Shown one piece after another: positions 1 to 9,605 of a stretch of DNA of 64,000 nt. The first letter of the stretch is position 1; each line of letters begins with the position of its first letter. The position numbers and the translations under genes were made by a program. The notes under the pieces were generated by a model, which was not told where the DNA came from, searched no databases, and saw nothing but the letters and a program-made list of their open reading frames with translations. The DNA is from Epithemia pelagica (lineage: Eukaryota > Protista > Bacillariophyta), in NCBI GenBank assembly GCA_946965045.2, contig OX337234.1, positions 1-64,000 on the forward strand, given 5' to 3'.

Positions 1-539
1 CCTAACCCTAACCCTAACCCTAACCCTAACCCTAACCCTAACCCTAACCCTAACCCTAACCCTAACCCTAACCCTAACCCTAACCCTAACCCTAACCCTA
101 ACCCTAACCCTAACCCTAACCCTAACCCTAACCCTAACCCTAACCCTAACCCTAACCCTAACCCTAACCCTAACCCTAACCCTAACCCTAACCCTAACCC
201 TAACCCTAACCCTAACCCTAACCCTAACCCTAACCCTAACCCTAACCCTAACCCTAACCCTAACCCTAACCCTAACCCTAACCCTAACCCTAACCCTAAC
301 CCTAACCCTAACCCTAACCCTAACCCTAACCCTAACCCTAACCCTAACCCTAACCCTAACCCTAACCCTAACCCTAACCCTAACCCTAACCCTAACCCTA
401 ACCCTAACCCTAACCCTAACCCTAACCCTAACCCTAACCCTAACCCTAACCCTAACCCTAACCCTAACCCTAACCCTAACCCTAACCCTAACCCTAAACC
501 CAACCCTAACCCTAACCCTAACCCTAAACCTAACCCTAA
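1..539 (+). repeat. Telomeric repeat array (CCCTAA)n; left chromosome end
   Basis: Uninterrupted CCCTAA repeats from base 1, with two variant units (CCCTAAACCCAA, CCCTAAACCTAA) near 495-535. Confidence 0.99.
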
Positions 540-3500
540 GCATTCAAACACAAATCGCAAAATACCATCTTATACTCCATTCAAATATCCATAAGACACA
601 TCCATTCCGTATCATGTCGCACATTCACATCTCACTCCTTTTCCCACACAAAATACAAGCATACTATTTTGTCTTTTTCACTAAGTAGTTTTCGAAGCTT
701 ATAGGTTAGCTCTAGCCTTGTTTTCGGCAATGAACTCCATGAATGTGATTGTTGAAGCATACACACGTGAAATGCAATCCTCCATGGAATGAAATTTTTT
801 CTGACTCACATGGAAGATCAGAAGTCGTTTCAATCGTGATTGGACTGGACAATCCACCATGTCATGGACAGTATATCCTGGACGATCGTGCATGTCCATA
901 CACTTGAAGCATATTTTAGAGGCAAAGTGTCTCTTCAAAAAAGTACCAAATTTACATTGTCGTCGAAAGTGGGGACCTCCACAGTTGAAACATCGCTCAG
1001 TCATACACTGCTGACCATTGCATGAGGTCTTTCCACACACCAAACACTTCTCTTTCATTATACCCAACACCAAGAGTGCTTCATTGACCACTTTGTTCTC
1101 ATTGTCAACTTGGTTCTGCATGTGCTCACACATCTGGGATACGGAATGACTATTTGTCTCATCCAAGCAGTAGTCACAGACCCGGCATGATTCACGTTTG
1201 GATCCAAATGCCGCCGCTAGAGAAACAATCTGACATGTGTCTTTTTGAGTCTCCCACTCCAAGAGTCCTCGCATAGTTGCAATGGATGTGTAGGATTGTT
1301 TGAAAGAATCATGAACAAGTTTCATTTCCTTGAGCTTTCTGTATATGATCATGTCTTCCTCATGAATGGAACGCTCCTGAGACACTCCCTCGGGATTAGC
1401 AAAGATTGTGAAACTGGACAAACTCATTCTTTGTTTCGGCCGAAGACGTCCAACAGCTTGCATGATGGATATCAAAGAGAACAAATGGCCAACCACAATG
1501 ACAGAGTGACATCTCCCATTCTCGTTGCCAACCAGGGCCACAGTAGTCGATACCAAGATAGGAAACCGAGCTGCTGCCCACTCCTTTGCAATTCGATGTT
1601 GCTCAGCCGTAGGTGATTCGGAGGTCACAAACTCCACGGTACCAAAATTCAATTTCTGAATGGCCTCTGTTACTTCTTGTCCAATCCACTTTGTTGAGAC
1701 AATAATATGCATTGCATACCTCATGGGAGTATATTTATTCATGGTCGAAGTCACAAAAAGAAGCAAGCTCTGTAAAATTTTGGGACGAATGACAATAGAG
1801 AACCTGAAACTCTTTGGGAAAGTTCCCAAAACATTCTCTGCATATCCGATTGTCATATCTTTGAGATCTTGTCTTTGAGTCATTGACATGTATCGCATAA
1901 GACTTGGCAATAAAAACCGTGGGAGGGACCCACTCAAGGTCATGACGGGCACTCCGTAGCGAACAAGACGTGGAAGGCAATCAAATTTGGACCGAAAGGA
2001 AAGCTCCGAGTAAATTGTGTGAACCTCATCAATTATGATTTTGGCCAAAGCTGACTTCTCCACCCACTCTTCTATAGTAGAGGAATGATATTTCTCCAAC
2101 ATCCATATGGCCTCGAGACTGAAGAAAACAATGTCTGGCAACATTTTGAAGTCATGGAGACCATCAGGCAGTCGGTCTGCTGTAACTTGATTGCCCGAAA
2201 CTGTCATGGAAGACACTTCCACACCTGATGGCAAGTTGCGTGATACTTGTTCTTCATGGTAACCGGATAAAAATTTGTAGGGCACGACTACCATATAGGT
2301 CTTGGGAGCCAAGTGATGTAGCTTGGCTCCTACCACCGGGACTAACCATGATAGTGACTTGCCACCTCCACATGGTAAACCAAAGTGTCCATGACATGTG
2401 CTTTCTCTCGATGCAAAAGCCAACATGGCGTGTTGTTCAGAACACGTGTATGTGGCACTAGGCCCAAAGAGTTTGTGCAATGTCCTCAATATCTCCCCAT
2501 CCGTCAAGTCTCGTTTCATGGTCACTGATTCTTTCCCAACAGACTTTTCACCCAGTGCTTTATGATATGTCTCGAACAAGTCTTCTTTTGCAGCTACATT
2601 GCTTGACCCATAATGGTCACGATGTGTTATGAGGCTGTGACCTGACTGTTCAGCCACAGTCTTGGTTGTGTACTGATTCTGGATCGACATTTCATCAAAC
2701 TCTGGGAAAAGAATATTAGAGATTGATGTCCACAAGTGCCTTACTTGGGTGCAATCCGGTCGGTTTTCGAAGCCAAAGATTGTTGCCACAGCATCGGTCA
2801 TCTCGTGTACCCTGTTATTTCTCACTGGTACAAGTCTCCGCAAGTCATGCTTCAGCTGTGACTGAAGGTGTTGACATACAACTCTGAAGACCAAAAATAT
2901 GCGTCCAAGTGACTTGGGTAGCTTGTGTTCAACAAGCTTTCCAGGTTTGTTGTTGAGTGCAGTGTATCCTTTCTCGGTGTGACTGTAATAGTAGCATTGT
3001 TGGCCATGCCAACGAATGCTACTAAACAGACACCTTTCAATTTCTGCATATCGCATGGAGCCCAACCCTGTTCCGTGGAATGCAAGTTCCAAGAATGATG
3101 CCAGAATATCAACAGATGTTGCATTGAAGGCATGGTGCACTTGAATCACTTCAGATGTTATGATAGAAGATTCTTTCTTGACCTGAAGAGACACCAATCC
3201 AGAAGATGGAACCAAATTGACGTACAAGTGCAAATTTAGGTTGAGGAAATCAGTCCATTGGTCACCAACCAGAAGAGTTCTGAAAGATGAAAAACACTTT
3301 TCTTCAATACATGGTACAACATTCGTCCAAATATCAAATTTAAAAAGGAAGTTGTCAACCAATATATCGTTTGTGGTTCGAATGGACACTTTCCGGGAAG
3401 ATGGCATAAGTGCTTCTTTTTCGCGCATGCGTCGAATGCAACTTGCCAAGAAATTGATTGTTATGGATTCCTGTGCCCGTTTTACTAGAGTCAAGGCCTG

Positions 3501-5165
3501 TTGAGAATAATCTTTGTCCATTTTGTAGATCAAGGAACATATACTCGCCCTTAGAATGGTGAGCAGAGCGGAATACATTGTTGCGATACGTGATGGGCCC
3601 AGTACGGACAATGACCCTGCGGTGTCCTTATGCCGCAAAGTCCGGCCAACCGCATAAGTCATGAGCATAGTATGGTGCCTGACAGAGTCAGGTGTCTCGA
3701 GACACAGATCAACAAGTAATGACTGTAAGTCACATTCTCTCTTCATCATGGATGGCTGCTGCTTGTGGATGAAGCACAACAATTTCTTGAGCTCTGGAAC
3801 AAGTCGGTTTGGAAACTTGGTGAATGTATAGGTCGTATTTGCTCCAGCATGTGACCCACTTTCCCTTGTACCATCAAATACCAAAAGCTTCGACCGAAAA
3901 TTTGCTGGGACCATTTTCACATGAATTGGAGCGCCATGCAACAACCACTTCTCTCCAAAATCATAGAAAAACTTGAGTATGGGTTCGTTGACTTCATCTT
4001 TGCCGGTAGTGGTTGTCAGAGAAAGCAAATTTTCCATCCGTTCTTGAAAGGTTGCTCCATCTGGCTTGGAAGAGTAGTGTTCCTCCTGAGCCAATGGATG
4101 AAACAAAGGAACAAAACAATCAACCATCTCCTCAGATACCATATGGAAAGTTTGGGTGACCGCTCTCTTTGTTTTCAAGATTGGATCTTCTTGGGAATAT
4201 TTCATACTGACAGCAGTCATAGATACCAGCCTCCCACAAGAAGTGACTTGTAATTGTTCCCTCTCAGGCCCAATGGCTCCACAGGAGTTAGGCGAGGAGA
4301 GATGACGCATAACATTGCTGAGTCTTGTCCAACCAACAAGACACCTGCAGGAATATCCAAGAACAGACCTCCCCGTGAAGAAGTTTTTTGCGGTATGAGG
4401 GTCTTCTTGCAAAATTTGCTCAAGGGACTGTTTTCTTGCAACAAGGAGTCGGTTGTCAGTTGCTGAGACACAGACTCCATGTTGATTTAGATGTCGCTGC
4501 ATCGACCAAAGACTTTCTCCGAATGATTTCTTGCATATGCCGCATCCCATACCAAAGGGTGTCACAATTGTAGCATCTAAACATGACAAGCCAATGCCCT
4601 GATCGGAACGGATCTTCTTCACCGGCCGTCTCCGGGATGGAGATGGCGTTCCAGGCCCATTGTTGGTAGCCATTGCTGGTTTCTTCGTGTGCATGGAACA
4701 GAGGAAGAGACATAACCAGCCGACTCTCAAGCAAAAGCAAGGATGGGCCTCTTTGCAAGAGTCATAATTCATGAAACAACAATGACCTTTTGTTGGGCCA
4801 ATTGAGGTTTTCAGGTGAAGATGTTGGGCCTATTGAGGTTTTCAGGTGAAGATGTTTGGCGCGAACGGGCACGCAGGCGAGCTTTTCGCGCCAAAGAATG
4901 GGGGAACAACTAAGAGTGCGGTAATGGTTGGTAATGAATGAAATGAAGGACTCATATTGAATATGAGTGCTTAGAAATTAGACTTGAGCGGGGCATAGAC
5001 ATTCTGTGCTCATCTGCACAAGGGGCAGTGCTCTTTTGCAACAAAAGGCATATATATCAGTGCTCATATGCACAGATACTATAGCCCCTTGTGCTCATAT
5101 GCACACGTTCAAATCCTACGGTGTCTAGTACTAAAGACACCCAAAAAAGGCAAATATCCTTAGGG
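540..5165 (-). mobile_element. Complete telomere-linked tyrosine recombinase-helicase element, subfamily A (unit 1)
   Basis: Abuts the telomere and carries an intact long ORF. Its proximal end ...CAAATATCCTTAGGG (5151-5165) recurs at 13593-13607, and a close variant occurs at 9591-9605. Confidence 0.85.
699..4673 (-). CDS. Zn-finger / tyrosine recombinase-like / RecQ-like SF2 helicase / Zn-knuckle fusion protein (telomere-linked helicase-like)
   Basis: Helicase motifs: LPCGGGKS (I), VVVPYKFL (Ia), IIDEVH (II), TLSGSLP (III), ILVSTTVALVG (V), QAVGRLRP (VI), plus a RecQ-like Zn site C..CRVCDYC. YR-like motifs: GSMRYAEI, HTEK, TQVRH, SGHS..T...HYG. CCHC knuckle CFNCGGPHFRRQC. Start placed at MATNNGPG (4673) by homology to the paralog start MASPSNNGPG; the ORF track starts at 4772. 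Confidence 0.9.
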   Translation of the reverse strand: MATNNGPGTPSPSRRRPVKKIRSDQGIGLSCLDATIVTPFGMGCGICKKSFGESLWSMQRHLNQHGVCVSATDNRLLVARKQSLEQILQEDPHTAKNFFTGRSVLGYSCRCLVGWTRLSNVMRHLSSPNSCGAIGPEREQLQVTSCGRLVSMTAVSMKYSQEDPILKTKRAVTQTFHMVSEEMVDCFVPLFHPLAQEEHYSSKPDGATFQERMENLLSLTTTTGKDEVNEPILKFFYDFGEKWLLHGAPIHVKMVPANFRSKLLVFDGTRESGSHAGANTTYTFTKFPNRLVPELKKLLCFIHKQQPSMMKRECDLQSLLVDLCLETPDSVRHHTMLMTYAVGRTLRHKDTAGSLSVLGPSRIATMYSALLTILRASICSLIYKMDKDYSQQALTLVKRAQESITINFLASCIRRMREKEALMPSSRKVSIRTTNDILVDNFLFKFDIWTNVVPCIEEKCFSSFRTLLVGDQWTDFLNLNLHLYVNLVPSSGLVSLQVKKESSIITSEVIQVHHAFNATSVDILASFLELAFHGTGLGSMRYAEIERCLFSSIRWHGQQCYYYSHTEKGYTALNNKPGKLVEHKLPKSLGRIFLVFRVVCQHLQSQLKHDLRRLVPVRNNRVHEMTDAVATIFGFENRPDCTQVRHLWTSISNILFPEFDEMSIQNQYTTKTVAEQSGHSLITHRDHYGSSNVAAKEDLFETYHKALGEKSVGKESVTMKRDLTDGEILRTLHKLFGPSATYTCSEQHAMLAFASRESTCHGHFGLPCGGGKSLSWLVPVVGAKLHHLAPKTYMVVVPYKFLSGYHEEQVSRNLPSGVEVSSMTVSGNQVTADRLPDGLHDFKMLPDIVFFSLEAIWMLEKYHSSTIEEWVEKSALAKIIIDEVHTIYSELSFRSKFDCLPRLVRYGVPVMTLSGSLPRFLLPSLMRYMSMTQRQDLKDMTIGYAENVLGTFPKSFRFSIVIRPKILQSLLLFVTSTMNKYTPMRYAMHIIVSTKWIGQEVTEAIQKLNFGTVEFVTSESPTAEQHRIAKEWAAARFPILVSTTVALVGNENGRCHSVIVVGHLFSLISIMQAVGRLRPKQRMSLSSFTIFANPEGVSQERSIHEEDMIIYRKLKEMKLVHDSFKQSYTSIATMRGLLEWETQKDTCQIVSLAAAFGSKRESCRVCDYCLDETNSHSVSQMCEHMQNQVDNENKVVNEALLVLGIMKEKCLVCGKTSCNGQQCMTERCFNCGGPHFRRQCKFGTFLKRHFASKICFKCMDMHDRPGYTVHDMVDCPVQSRLKRLLIFHVSQKKFHSMEDCISRVYASTITFMEFIAENKARANL

Positions 5166-8100
5166 ACAATTTGACAACGAATGAGACTGGTACCCTGGTC
5201 TCTCATGATAATCGAGACACTTGTAGCAAATCCTGCCTTTGTAATGGTTAGTCAAGAAATCACTGAACCGACAGTCCCTTCGAAAATGGTCTCCCCCACA
5301 ATTGAAACAACCCTTCGTCAAACAGGCATCACCTTGGCATTCTCTCCGACCACACACAAGACATCGTTCCTTCAAAGTTATTAAGACAAGCATAGCATCA
5401 TTTACTTGCGTAGTACGAATCTCTTCCTTTTGTTTGGCTTGGCTTCCAACTACTTGTACAGGGATCATTTTTTGCCTTCCAATACATACGTCACATACGT
5501 TGCACTGTTCGTACGTCGAGCCAAATTTGCCAGCCAAAGATACAACCCGACACTTCCCTCTCTCAGTCTCCCAGTCCACAAGACCTTTTATGGTTCCAAT
5601 TTGCATGTAATCTTGTTCGTTACTGGTATCAATAACACCAAGCTCTCTCAACCGATGGAAGTTCATCATATCCTCCTTCTCCATTGCCGCTTGTTGTGTT
5701 GATGATAATTTGTTTGCAAATATCACAAAGGATGAAGTCCCAGTACGTTGTTTGGGACGAAGTCTTCCCAGTGCTTGAACCACAGACATCAAGGAAAACA
5801 AATGGCCAACCACGACCACACAATGGCACTTTGGATTCTCGTTGCCCACCAATGCCACTGTTGAAGAAACTAGAATTGATATGGCTGAAGCCGACCATCT
5901 CTTGGCAATATCACGTTGCTTGCTCGTTGTTGTCTCCGATGTTACGAACTCCACGGGACCAAGGGACATTTCTTCCAAACTTGCAACAACATCCATCCCA
6001 AGCTGCTTGGAAGCAACAATGACATGAATCCCATGTCCCAATCGAGTAAAAGAGTTCATGGTGGATTGAATAAAATCTTTGAATTTGTAACGAATAGCGA
6101 CATCAACCACTACCGAGAACCGAAAACCAGATGGGAAGGAACCCAAAACCCTGTCGGAGTGCGAGATTGTCATGTCATCCAAGGTCCCCTTAGATAAGGC
6201 CAAATATTTCATTAATGGGGGAAGAAATCTCCGTGGCAAAGAACCACTCAAGGTCATAATGGGCACTTCATATTTTGCCAACCGAGGCAAACATTCCAAT
6301 CGTGTACGAAACCCAATTTCTGAGTAAATAGTGTGAATCTCATCCACAATGATCCTTCCCAGCTTTCCCGCCGTCACCCACTCTTTTAGAATGAACGAGT
6401 GATTTCGTTCCAACACCCAAATTGCATCCAAGCTCATGAAGACGACATCGGGAAGGTTCTTCATGTCAGAAATGACATCTGGTAATTCACCCAATGAGAA
6501 ATCAGATGCTGTCAAAGTCACTGATCTGACATCAACTTTAGTCTGTTTCGCTGTAGATATCATACTCTCGTCATGATATCCCGCCAGGAATTTATAGGGA
6601 ACAATGACTAGTGTTGTCTGTTGTTTGGTTCCATACAACCTCACCCCGGTTGTTGGCAAAATCCATGACATTGATTTACCCCCTCCACACGGCAAGCCAA
6701 AGTGACCATGTCTCTCATATTCCGAGCAAGTGTAGTGCAACATGTCCCGCTGCTGGTCGCAAGTGTAATTTGCAGCAGGCCCAAATAGTTTACGTAATGT
6801 GAGTAGTATCTGTTCGTCACTGAGTCCCTTCGCAATGACTGTCTCTTTCTGAACCAATTTTTCTCCCAAAGCCTTGTGGTATATCATGAACAACTCCTCT
6901 TTCGTGTTTCCGGATAGAGATCCATAATGATCTCTATGGGTCCAATAACTATGACCCGACTGCTCTGCGACCATCTGAGTAGTATGCTGGTTATGTATTG
7001 CTGTCTCATCCACCTGGGGAAAAAGTACATTGGACACAGATGTCCACAAATGCCTGATTTGTGTACAGTCCGGACGATCCTCAAACCCAAAGATGGTTGC
7101 CACAGCATCACCCATGTAGAATGCCCGATTATTTCTCACAGGAACAAGGCAACCAAGAGATTCATGGCGAAGTTCACATAGCACTCGAAAGACCATGTAT
7201 GCTCGACTCAAGGTCGTGCAAAGTTTGTGCTCAATCAAATTTTTACCTTTGTGGTGAACACTGAACGCTTTTTCACTGTGTGAGTAGTAATACACACAGC
7301 CTCCATGCCACCGCACGTCAGAAAACAGGCTACGAGAAATTTCAGTGTATCGCATGGACCCCAAACCTGTTCCATGAAATGCCAATTCCAAATAGGAGGC
7401 AAAGACATCAATGTCGCAGAGATCATAGTCGTCCTGAAGAACAATATCCTCTTGGGAGTAATTTTTGTGACCCGATGCCAAAGTCATTGTTGTCTTGCCC
7501 CTAGAACTCCAACACACGAACAGTGGATATCGTCGATTCAGTAGATTCACCCAACGATTACCCTTGATCACCTTGCAAAGTGAAGCAACCAACTTGTCAA
7601 AGATGATCGGAATGACGTTCGACCATTTTTGAAACTTGAACATAAAACCATCAACAAGTATATTGTATTTGTCTTGAATGGACACTTTCCGTGAAGACGG
7701 TGTGAGCGACTCTCTCTCCCGCATACGCCGAATCGTACTTGCCAAAAAATTGACTGTGATGGAGTTTTGAACATTTTCCACCAGCCGAGAAGCTTTCTCA
7801 TGGTAGCCCCGTCCCATGAAGTATATCATTGAGCAAATACTGGCCCGAAGCATGGCCAAAATGGCTGACAGCATTGTCGCAATGTAGGAGGGACTCCAAA
7901 CAGAAAGTGTCTCTGAACCTTCTTGCCCCCGGACAACTCTCCCCGCGCAGTAGGTCATGACTGTGGTATGATGCTGAACAGAATCCACTGTTTCTAAACA
8001 CAGCTTTGCCAGTAAAGAGGGAATATCTCTAGTGAGTGGCAGAAGTTTGTGGTTGCTTTGACACAGGAACGAGAGCAATTTCTTGAACTCGGGGAGAAGT

Positions 8101-8954
8101 CTTTTGGGGTACGCAGTGAAGGTGAAAGTAGAAATCGCATTGGGACTTCTTGCTCCATCAAAGACCAACAGCCTTGATCGGTAATTTGCTGGAACCATCT
8201 GGACATGGAGGGCAGCCTGTGCTGTGAGCCAGTTTTCTCCTTGATGGTACAACAAATCAAAGAGTGGTTGATTGTCGATGATGTGTTTCAAGTTGATGGA
8301 GTCATATAAGAAATGCACTCGTTCCTTGAATGACCTTCCCTTGGGCCTGGATGGGTAAGGTTCGTCTTGGGCCAAGGGATGGAAAAGGGGTACGAAACAC
8401 CCCATCATATCGGGGAGTACATGAAGAGTTGCTTGTAGTTGTGTGCTTGTTTTGAGTGAAGGGGCTTCTTGACAGGAATACTTGATCTGTAATGCCTTGA
8501 GGGAAATCATACGGCCACAGGTACTGATTTGTAGCTCCTCTTCTGTAGGGGAGGGAGCACCGCAGGTACGACCCGAGGACAAATGTCTGTACACATTTTG
8601 AAGTTTCAAGCTCCCAACAAGACAATGACATGAATAGCCCTTGACCTTTTCCCCCGTCATATATTCAGAGACACTTGAAATGTCTTGCATAACACTTTGA
8701 AGGAGGGTCATTTGATGTTCTATCAGTGACTGGCTTTCAGAACGTGAGACAGACACACCATGGCCATTAAGGTGCCTTTGCATGGACCATAGACTGGTTC
8801 CGAACGGTTTCCCACATAGGCGACACCCCATACCAAAGGGGGTCACTAGCGTGACATCGACAGCCTGTAGTTTGTTCTCTTCCTTTTTTTTCTTCGTTGG
8901 TCTCCTCCTTGATGGAGAAGGAGTCCCTGGCCCATTATTAGAGGGGGAAGCCAT
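5160..8954 (-). CDS. YR-like/RecQ-like helicase fusion paralog, C-terminally truncated by about 48 aa
   Basis: Same motifs as unit 1 (GSMRYTEI, TQIRH, SGHSYWTHRDHYG, LPCGGGKS, IVDEIH, QALGRLRP). The stop TAA is supplied by the CCC|TAAGG junction, whereas the unit 1 protein continues beyond the equivalent CP. Confidence 0.88.
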   Translation of the reverse strand: MASPSNNGPGTPSPSRRRPTKKKKEENKLQAVDVTLVTPFGMGCRLCGKPFGTSLWSMQRHLNGHGVSVSRSESQSLIEHQMTLLQSVMQDISSVSEYMTGEKVKGYSCHCLVGSLKLQNVYRHLSSGRTCGAPSPTEEELQISTCGRMISLKALQIKYSCQEAPSLKTSTQLQATLHVLPDMMGCFVPLFHPLAQDEPYPSRPKGRSFKERVHFLYDSINLKHIIDNQPLFDLLYHQGENWLTAQAALHVQMVPANYRSRLLVFDGARSPNAISTFTFTAYPKRLLPEFKKLLSFLCQSNHKLLPLTRDIPSLLAKLCLETVDSVQHHTTVMTYCAGRVVRGQEGSETLSVWSPSYIATMLSAILAMLRASICSMIYFMGRGYHEKASRLVENVQNSITVNFLASTIRRMRERESLTPSSRKVSIQDKYNILVDGFMFKFQKWSNVIPIIFDKLVASLCKVIKGNRWVNLLNRRYPLFVCWSSRGKTTMTLASGHKNYSQEDIVLQDDYDLCDIDVFASYLELAFHGTGLGSMRYTEISRSLFSDVRWHGGCVYYYSHSEKAFSVHHKGKNLIEHKLCTTLSRAYMVFRVLCELRHESLGCLVPVRNNRAFYMGDAVATIFGFEDRPDCTQIRHLWTSVSNVLFPQVDETAIHNQHTTQMVAEQSGHSYWTHRDHYGSLSGNTKEELFMIYHKALGEKLVQKETVIAKGLSDEQILLTLRKLFGPAANYTCDQQRDMLHYTCSEYERHGHFGLPCGGGKSMSWILPTTGVRLYGTKQQTTLVIVPYKFLAGYHDESMISTAKQTKVDVRSVTLTASDFSLGELPDVISDMKNLPDVVFMSLDAIWVLERNHSFILKEWVTAGKLGRIIVDEIHTIYSEIGFRTRLECLPRLAKYEVPIMTLSGSLPRRFLPPLMKYLALSKGTLDDMTISHSDRVLGSFPSGFRFSVVVDVAIRYKFKDFIQSTMNSFTRLGHGIHVIVASKQLGMDVVASLEEMSLGPVEFVTSETTTSKQRDIAKRWSASAISILVSSTVALVGNENPKCHCVVVVGHLFSLMSVVQALGRLRPKQRTGTSSFVIFANKLSSTQQAAMEKEDMMNFHRLRELGVIDTSNEQDYMQIGTIKGLVDWETERGKCRVVSLAGKFGSTYEQCNVCDVCIGRQKMIPVQVVGSQAKQKEEIRTTQVNDAMLVLITLKERCLVCGRRECQGDACLTKGCFNCGGDHFRRDCRFSDFLTNHYKGRICYKCLDYHERPGYQSHSLSNCP

Positions 8955-9605
8955 TGTCGATAGAGGTTTTGCTGAGAGTGTTCAAGAGACATCTTTCATC
9001 GTTCATCAAAGAAAGGGAGTGATGACCCTTTGCAGAATTGCATTGGGCCCAATTTACTGGACGAATGATGGGTAGGTACAAAGACCTAGAGGCATAAACT
9101 AGGAATGGTCAAAATGGGATTTTGATGAGAACTAGTGATGGGTGGAATGAGATTTTTCTGTGAAATGCCAGCGTCATTTGGCGGGAAAAAAGATTGTACA
9201 AAAAAGTTAGTTGGTCATTTGTGTACAAATATATGTCACTCGTACACACATATTAGCTGGTTTGTTGTAACAAGGAAATTTTGTACAGCAAACCAAAGGA
9301 AATTCAATCTTACGTTGATTCTTCTATGTAGAGTAGGGCAAGACAAAAACCTAACTGGCAGAGCTCTGAAAAGTATTTGGCCAGTATAGAGCATATTGAA
9401 TATGACGGCTTTTCGGGAGTGGTCAAAGGGGCATAGACAAGGCCACTGCTCAATCGCAACAAAAGCATAACAAATTGCAGCTCATCCGCAACAAATCCTT
9501 GCTCATATGCAACAGGCACTATAGGATTTTGTGCTCATATGCACACGTTCAAATTCTACGGTCTCTAGTACTAAAAGCTCCCAAAAAAGTGAAATATCCT
9601 TAGGG
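5163..9605 (-). mobile_element. Subfamily B element (unit 2), truncated on its telomere-facing side by unit 1
   Basis: Terminus ...GAAATATCCTTAGGG is homologous to the subfamily A terminus. Its ORF ends exactly at the unit 1 junction. Confidence 0.85.
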
